Source: Flavobacterium haoranii (lineage in GTDB: Bacteria > Bacteroidota > Bacteroidia > Flavobacteriales > Flavobacteriaceae). Taken from it: a stretch of 64,000 nt of DNA. The notes below the pieces were generated by a model. That model did not search any database and had not been told where the DNA came from. It worked only from the letters and a program-made list of their open reading frames with translations. A program made the position numbers and the translations under genes. This document shows, piece after piece, positions 60,161 to 64,000 of the stretch (positions within the stretch are counted from its first letter, which is position 1; each line of letters opens with the position of its first letter). Where the stretch lies: assembly GCA_003246205.1 (NCBI GenBank), contig QKBC01000021.1, forward strand, positions 106,398-170,397. The letters run 5' to 3'.

Positions 60161-61192
60161 CTATCTTTCGTTAAATAAATTCAATTTTTGTAACCAACTT
60201 GTTTTTCGTTCCAAAAAGAAAATATCTAGTAATAACAACACAAATGCTATACCTACAAACCATTGGTATTGGGTTTGATATTCGGCTATTTGCTGTGTTT
60301 CAAACTCTGTTTTTTCAATATTGTCTAAAGCATTTTTGATTTGCTCTACAACTTCTTTTGTTGTATTACCCGGAATATAACCTCCGTTTGCATCTTCGGC
60401 TATTGCCTGAAGTGTTTCGGAATGTAATTGGGTAATTACTGTTTCACCGGTGTTGTCTTTTTTGTATTCTTCAATACGGCCATTTCTATCTTTTATTGGA
60501 ATTGGGCCTCCTTTTTCTGTTCCTACACCAATTGTAATGACTTTAATGCCTTTTTCTTTGGCAATTTCGCTCGCTTGTTCTGCACCTTCGCCATGATCTT
60601 CGCCGTCGGAAACCAAAATAATCAGTTTGCTTGTATCAACCGCATCAAAATAATTAGTTGCCATATTAATAGCATCGTTCAAAGCTGTTCCTTGCGAAGA
60701 AACCATATCGGTATTCATATTTTGCAAGTACATTTTGGCAATACTATAATCGGTTGTCATAGGTAAAACCGGATAAGCGCTTCCGGCATAACCGATAATT
60801 CCGATTCTGTCGTTTCCTAAACTATTAATAATTTGACTGATCAATTGTTTTGATTTCTCTAAACGATTAGGTGCTACATCTTCGGCCAACATACTTTTGG
60901 AAACGTCCAAAGCAAAAACGATATCGATTCCCTGACGCTTTACCGTTTCCATTTTGGTTCCTATTTTTGGGTTAACTAAACCTATAACAAGAGCGATAAG
61001 TGCTAACGCTAAAGTCACAAATTTTAAAATAGGTTTAAACACAGAAGCATCGGGTGCTAATTGTTTCAACAATTGATCATCGGCAAATTCACGACGTTTT
61101 TTTCTTTTCCAGAATAACTGGATGAAAAATAAAACGGCTACTAGTGCTACTAATAGTAAAAAATATAAATATTTTGGTTCTTCTAATTGCAT
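60161..61192 (-). CDS. batB: BatB vWA domain protein
   Basis: DVSKSM MIDAS, PNRL, SDGEDH. Confidence 0.9.
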   Translation of the reverse strand: MQLEEPKYLYFLLLVALVAVLFFIQLFWKRKKRREFADDQLLKQLAPDASVFKPILKFVTLALALIALVIGLVNPKIGTKMETVKRQGIDIVFALDVSKSMLAEDVAPNRLEKSKQLISQIINSLGNDRIGIIGYAGSAYPVLPMTTDYSIAKMYLQNMNTDMVSSQGTALNDAINMATNYFDAVDTSKLIILVSDGEDHGEGAEQASEIAKEKGIKVITIGVGTEKGGPIPIKDRNGRIEEYKKDNTGETVITQLHSETLQAIAEDANGGYIPGNTTKEVVEQIKNALDNIEKTEFETQQIAEYQTQYQWFVGIAFVLLLLDIFFLERKTSWLQKLNLFNER

Positions 61193-61196
61193 AACT

Positions 61197-62204
61197 TTAT
61201 AAAAAACCTCTGAATACGGTGTTTTTTAATAACATTTCTAATCCTAACAAAACAAGAGCAAAAAGCACAAGTGGCTTAAACTTTTCGTCGTAATTGAAGT
61301 ATTTTTTTTCTTCAATTTCGGTAGTTTCTAACTTGTTGATTTCCTTATAAATTTCCTCTAATTTCTTATTACTAGTTGCTCTAAAATATTTTCCCTCGGT
61401 AGTTTTTGCAATTTCTTTCATTAAGTTCTCATCGATTTCTACCGGCATATTACGGAACAAAAATTGTCCGTTTCTTGGATCTTTTGCATAAGGAAAAGGA
61501 GCCGTTCCATTGGTTCCGATACCAATAGTATACACTTTAATTCCGTATTCTTTAGCTATATCGGCTGCCATTCTCGGATCAATTGTTCCGGAGTTGTTTA
61601 CACCATCGGTCAATAAGATAATAATTCTACTTTTCGCTTTGCTATCTTTTAAACGATTGATGGCTGTTGCCAAACCAACACCAATTCCTGTTCCATCTGC
61701 CAAGACAGTATCATCATATTCAATCGTACTTAACGAATGTAAAACCATAGTTTTATCGGAAGTTACCGGAGTTCTTGTATAACTTTCGCCGGCATACACT
61801 ACTAATCCAATTCTATCGTTAACTCGATCTTCGATGAACTTAGAAGCCACTCGTTTTAATGCCTCTAAACGATTGGGCTTTAAATCTTTGGCCAACATAC
61901 TTCCGGAAACGTCAATTGCCATTACAATATCAATCCCTTTGGTTACTCTGGATTTTGCAGAAACATCTACACTTCTGGGACGAGCCAAAGCTACAATAAT
62001 AGCACTTAGCGCCAATAACCTCAACACAAACAAAAGTGGTCGAAGTTTTGCCAAAATCGTATTATTGTTTTGGAATGGCTGAACAGAACTTACCTTTAGT
62101 GTTGCACTTTGTTCTTTTCGTTTAAAGAAATACCACGCTACAGCTAATGGCAAAGCCAAAAACAGCCAAAAAAACTCAGGATGTAAAAACGTTACATTAT
62201 TCAT
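61197..62204 (-). CDS. batA: BatA vWA domain protein
   Basis: LARP, DVSGSM, LLTDG. Confidence 0.9.
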   Translation of the reverse strand: MNNVTFLHPEFFWLFLALPLAVAWYFFKRKEQSATLKVSSVQPFQNNNTILAKLRPLLFVLRLLALSAIIVALARPRSVDVSAKSRVTKGIDIVMAIDVSGSMLAKDLKPNRLEALKRVASKFIEDRVNDRIGLVVYAGESYTRTPVTSDKTMVLHSLSTIEYDDTVLADGTGIGVGLATAINRLKDSKAKSRIIILLTDGVNNSGTIDPRMAADIAKEYGIKVYTIGIGTNGTAPFPYAKDPRNGQFLFRNMPVEIDENLMKEIAKTTEGKYFRATSNKKLEEIYKEINKLETTEIEEKKYFNYDEKFKPLVLFALVLLGLEMLLKNTVFRGFL

Positions 62205-63885
62205 TTGGCACGGCTTTTTTGAGTTCTACTGAATCTAATACTTTATCCATTACTTGTGTTGCGTATTCATCATCCTCTTTGGAAACCAACCACAGAATTT
62301 GGGCAGCACCTTTTTGGGCAAATGCTAATACCATGTATCGCATCTTTTCATCTTTTTCCGTATCAGGATTTAAAACTACAAAAGTTCCTTTCGCTCTTTT
62401 CCCTGTCAACCCTTTAGGATCCTCATAATCATCGGTTTCAACTACTATATTTTTAGCCCCTAATGATTGAGATTGTTTCAATTCTGATTCTACGGCTTGA
62501 TCTAAGTCTAACCGGGTTGTATCTTTAAAAGCAACTGTTTTTAAAACAATCGAAAAATTATCGGTTAAACTTCCATAACCGAAAGTTGCCATATTCTTAA
62601 TATGAGCGGGAAGGTTATTTTGTAATTTTTCATTCGTAATTCTTTTCAATACTTTAGGCGTCGAAACTACAATAGCCGGATCGCCATAATCTGAAGTTAC
62701 CCATTCACCTTCTAACAATGATTTAGCATTATGTCCTAGCCATTTATCACGTGCATAATCCATTCCTTTTGACACTACCAAAAATGTAACTAAAAACGCG
62801 ACTAAAAACCCAACTACACCTAATGGAATTGCCAAACGTTGGAATTTTTGTTTCTTCTCTTTTTTACGCTTTAGTTCTTCTGCAAATTGATTTTCTTCTT
62901 CTTCCTCTGTTCTTGGAATAGCTTTGTCTAAAGACATCAAAAAGGTATCTATTATCTTTTTATCGTTCTCAATTTCAAAATCCAATGGTTTTGATTTCGC
63001 AAATTTTACTAAATCGGCAGTTCCCATCACTCTTTTGAAACGATCCAATGTTTCGCGATTTAGTTTTATATTTTTTTGACGAACCGCTACCACTAAAGCA
63101 TCATACAATTCGCTTGACGTACTTTCCATTGCCGGAACATCAACTGCTTCTTCAATATAGGTTCTGGTAATATCGGTTAGTTCAGAATAATATTCTTTGG
63201 TTTCGCCGTGTTGCCACAGTTCTTTCTTTTCTAAATTTTGAAGTTTACTAAGTGCTTTTTCTATTGGTGAAGCAAACAACTCTTCCTCAACTTTATTTTG
63301 TTTTTCCTGGTATTTTTTGATAAAGTAATATAAACCATAACCCAAAGCAGCAATAGCTAACAAGGCTAAAATCCAGTAAATCCATTCATAATCTGCTGGT
63401 TTTTCAACTGTTGTAATCGGTTTGATGTCATACATTTGTTGTTTCAATGTATCCACAACTACATTATTTACCACAACCGCAAAAGAATCAGTTTTTGTGA
63501 TTTTATTATTGATAACCACCTGAAGTTGGGGCACCACATAGCGACCTGAATCAAACTGCGTTAAACCGTATTTTTTAATTAATTCTAATTTATCTTCTTT
63601 TCGAATGGTATCAATTGGATAGGATTCTAAAATTTCTAACGGGCCAAAAAACTGGCCTTCCGGAAAAACCACTTTATCTGAACTTTTTAATCCAGTTGCT
63701 TTTATGGTTAAATTGAATTGAGAACCAATTTTAATTTGAGTAGAATCTACCGAAGATGTTATTGATTGTGAAAAGGAAACTGAACTAATTAAAAAGAAAA
63801 AAATGATGAGATATCTAGACTCAAATCGATATAACAAATTAGTCTTTAGTAAATTAATAATATTGAAATTTTTATTTAGGTTCAT
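62197..63885 (-). CDS. Bat-operon-associated membrane protein
   Basis: FDSG.Y, YY..LTDI.R.YIE, AMESTS.E, ADLVKFAK; start codon uncertain. Confidence 0.75.
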   Translation of the reverse strand: MNLNKNFNIINLLKTNLLYRFESRYLIIFFFLISSVSFSQSITSSVDSTQIKIGSQFNLTIKATGLKSSDKVVFPEGQFFGPLEILESYPIDTIRKEDKLELIKKYGLTQFDSGRYVVPQLQVVINNKITKTDSFAVVVNNVVVDTLKQQMYDIKPITTVEKPADYEWIYWILALLAIAALGYGLYYFIKKYQEKQNKVEEELFASPIEKALSKLQNLEKKELWQHGETKEYYSELTDITRTYIEEAVDVPAMESTSSELYDALVVAVRQKNIKLNRETLDRFKRVMGTADLVKFAKSKPLDFEIENDKKIIDTFLMSLDKAIPRTEEEEENQFAEELKRKKEKKQKFQRLAIPLGVVGFLVAFLVTFLVVSKGMDYARDKWLGHNAKSLLEGEWVTSDYGDPAIVVSTPKVLKRITNEKLQNNLPAHIKNMATFGYGSLTDNFSIVLKTVAFKDTTRLDLDQAVESELKQSQSLGAKNIVVETDDYEDPKGLTGKRAKGTFVVLNPDTEKDEKMRYMVLAFAQKGAAQILWLVSKEDDEYATQVMDKVLDSVELKKAVPNE

Positions 63886-63918
63886 TGTGTCTTTCTTCTT
63901 TGCTCTTTTTTCTAAAAT

Positions 63919-64000
63919 CTAATTTCTCGATTTAAAATATCCCAAAAGCTTGGTTACATAACTCTCGTCTACTCTCGAACTAACGCTTCCTGCACCGCAA
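63919..64000 (-). CDS. 3' end of DUF58-family protein (partial)
   Basis: ...CGAGSVSSRVDESYVTKLLGYFKSRN*; usual MoxR-DUF58-Bat gene order. Confidence 0.65.
   Translation of the reverse strand, partial: CGAGSVSSRVDESYVTKLLGYFKSRN

Overview
This AT-rich 64 kb chromosomal segment looks like Flavobacterium (Bacteroidetes). The evidence is TAnnTTTG promoter elements, a PorZ-like T9SS gene, the Bat operon and Flavobacterium-type gene order. Most of it is housekeeping: pgi, aromatic amino-acid catabolism (TDO, hppD, hmgA), uvrC, lspA-dksA-ileS, recO, gdhA, gmk, nadD, gpsA, pheS, class II RNR and batA-E. The standout is a ~7.1 kb minus-strand block (34979-42085) between nadD and an Fe-alcohol dehydrogenase. 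Its order is NrtR (Nudix-wHTH), Prs-like, ADP-ribosylglycohydrolase, NADAR, macrodomain, DUF4291, Tpt1/KptA, a decayed ORF, metallophosphoesterase and NAMPT-like. Three 21-bp GT-N7-AC palindromes lie on or beside its two promoters. I infer an ADP-ribose-inducible system that removes ADP-ribose and rebuilds NAD+. Its Prs/NAMPT pair resembles the phage NARP1 pathway, and DUF4291 may be an unrecognised ART-fold member. Other candidates are two promoter/terminator-bounded sRNAs sharing a motif, a uORF upstream of hmgA-hppD, a MarR/GbsR operator, a REP-like element and heptamer arrays. All calls come from motif recognition only; no database searches were run.
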